Source: Pecten maximus (lineage: Eukaryota). Taken from it: 64,000 bases of DNA. The stretch covers positions 31,186,001 through 31,250,000 of the forward strand of contig NC_047030.1 in assembly GCF_902652985.1 (NCBI RefSeq), written 5' to 3'. Made by a program: the position numbers and the translations under genes. Below the pieces are notes generated by a model. The model was given only the letters and a program-made list of their open reading frames with translations. It ran no database searches and was not told the origin of the DNA. Below, piece after piece: positions 63,389-64,000 of this stretch. How positions within the stretch are numbered: the stretch's first letter is position 1; each line of letters begins with the position of its first letter.

Positions 63389-64000
63389 TTTCAATCCTTT
63401 GTATTCCTCTCTTTGTCACATCTACACCAGTCCTAATATTACCTTGACTGTTGGTTTCGTCTTTTCATTTGTTCTCACATGACTTTGGATGTTGATATCT
63501 CCTTAACACTCTTCCGTTTAAGACCTAAAATGTTAGTATATCCTGAATACCCGTCCAAACATGATTCGCACTGTCGGTACCACATTGACACCGACTTATA
63601 AGACCTTGGCTATATCTTTGATAGATCAATTTTTCATTTGACCCTAATTGTGTCTATCGCTAAAATCATATCTTAATGCGAGATTCATTTTTTTTACGTA
63701 GTAAAATATTAAACATGAAAAGGTACGACGCTATTTAGATATCAACACGGTACGTACTGCGCCTGGATGATTAGTATGGACTTATGTTGAAATTTAACGA
63801 AGATTTTAATTTTTTATGATGTTTGTATGAAGCCTGATAACCCATGTGTTACAATATTGATATAAACGTTTATATACGCCTTTGCCAATTTCCTGATGAT
63901 ATTGAATTATTTAATAATTCATAATTCCGACGTTCCATGTGTACCTATCAACGTGTCATCAACATCAAAGTATACATGTATTAATGGAAAAATACATATT

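Overview
AT-rich eukaryotic genomic DNA with spliced genes. The SINE, MITE and retroelement repertoire suggests a bivalve mollusc (inference, not proven). Left to right: (1) a ~4.8 kb tandem array of a ~105 bp monomer, lying downstream of the donor of a minus-strand first coding exon (5287-5591) that has E2F/CHR/CCAAT-like promoter motifs; (2) a complete 8-coding-exon SLC33A1 (acetyl-CoA transporter AT-1) gene on the minus strand; (3) a convergent inverted pair of 3-exon GPR157-like (cAMP-receptor-like) 7TM genes; (4) a tandem cluster of three secreted PAN/apple + C-type lectin genes, two of which use GC-AG introns. Interspersed elements include nine copies of a V-domain tRNA-SINE, a TSD-bounded Meta/MESC-type SINE with an unusual structured 5' extension and a degenerate B-box, CR1-group LINE 3' ends, Penelope-like relics and several MITEs, one of which is an array of CACGTG E-boxes. 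Gene models were assembled by eye from splice signals and frame continuity. No prokaryote-type systems (CRISPR etc.) are present.
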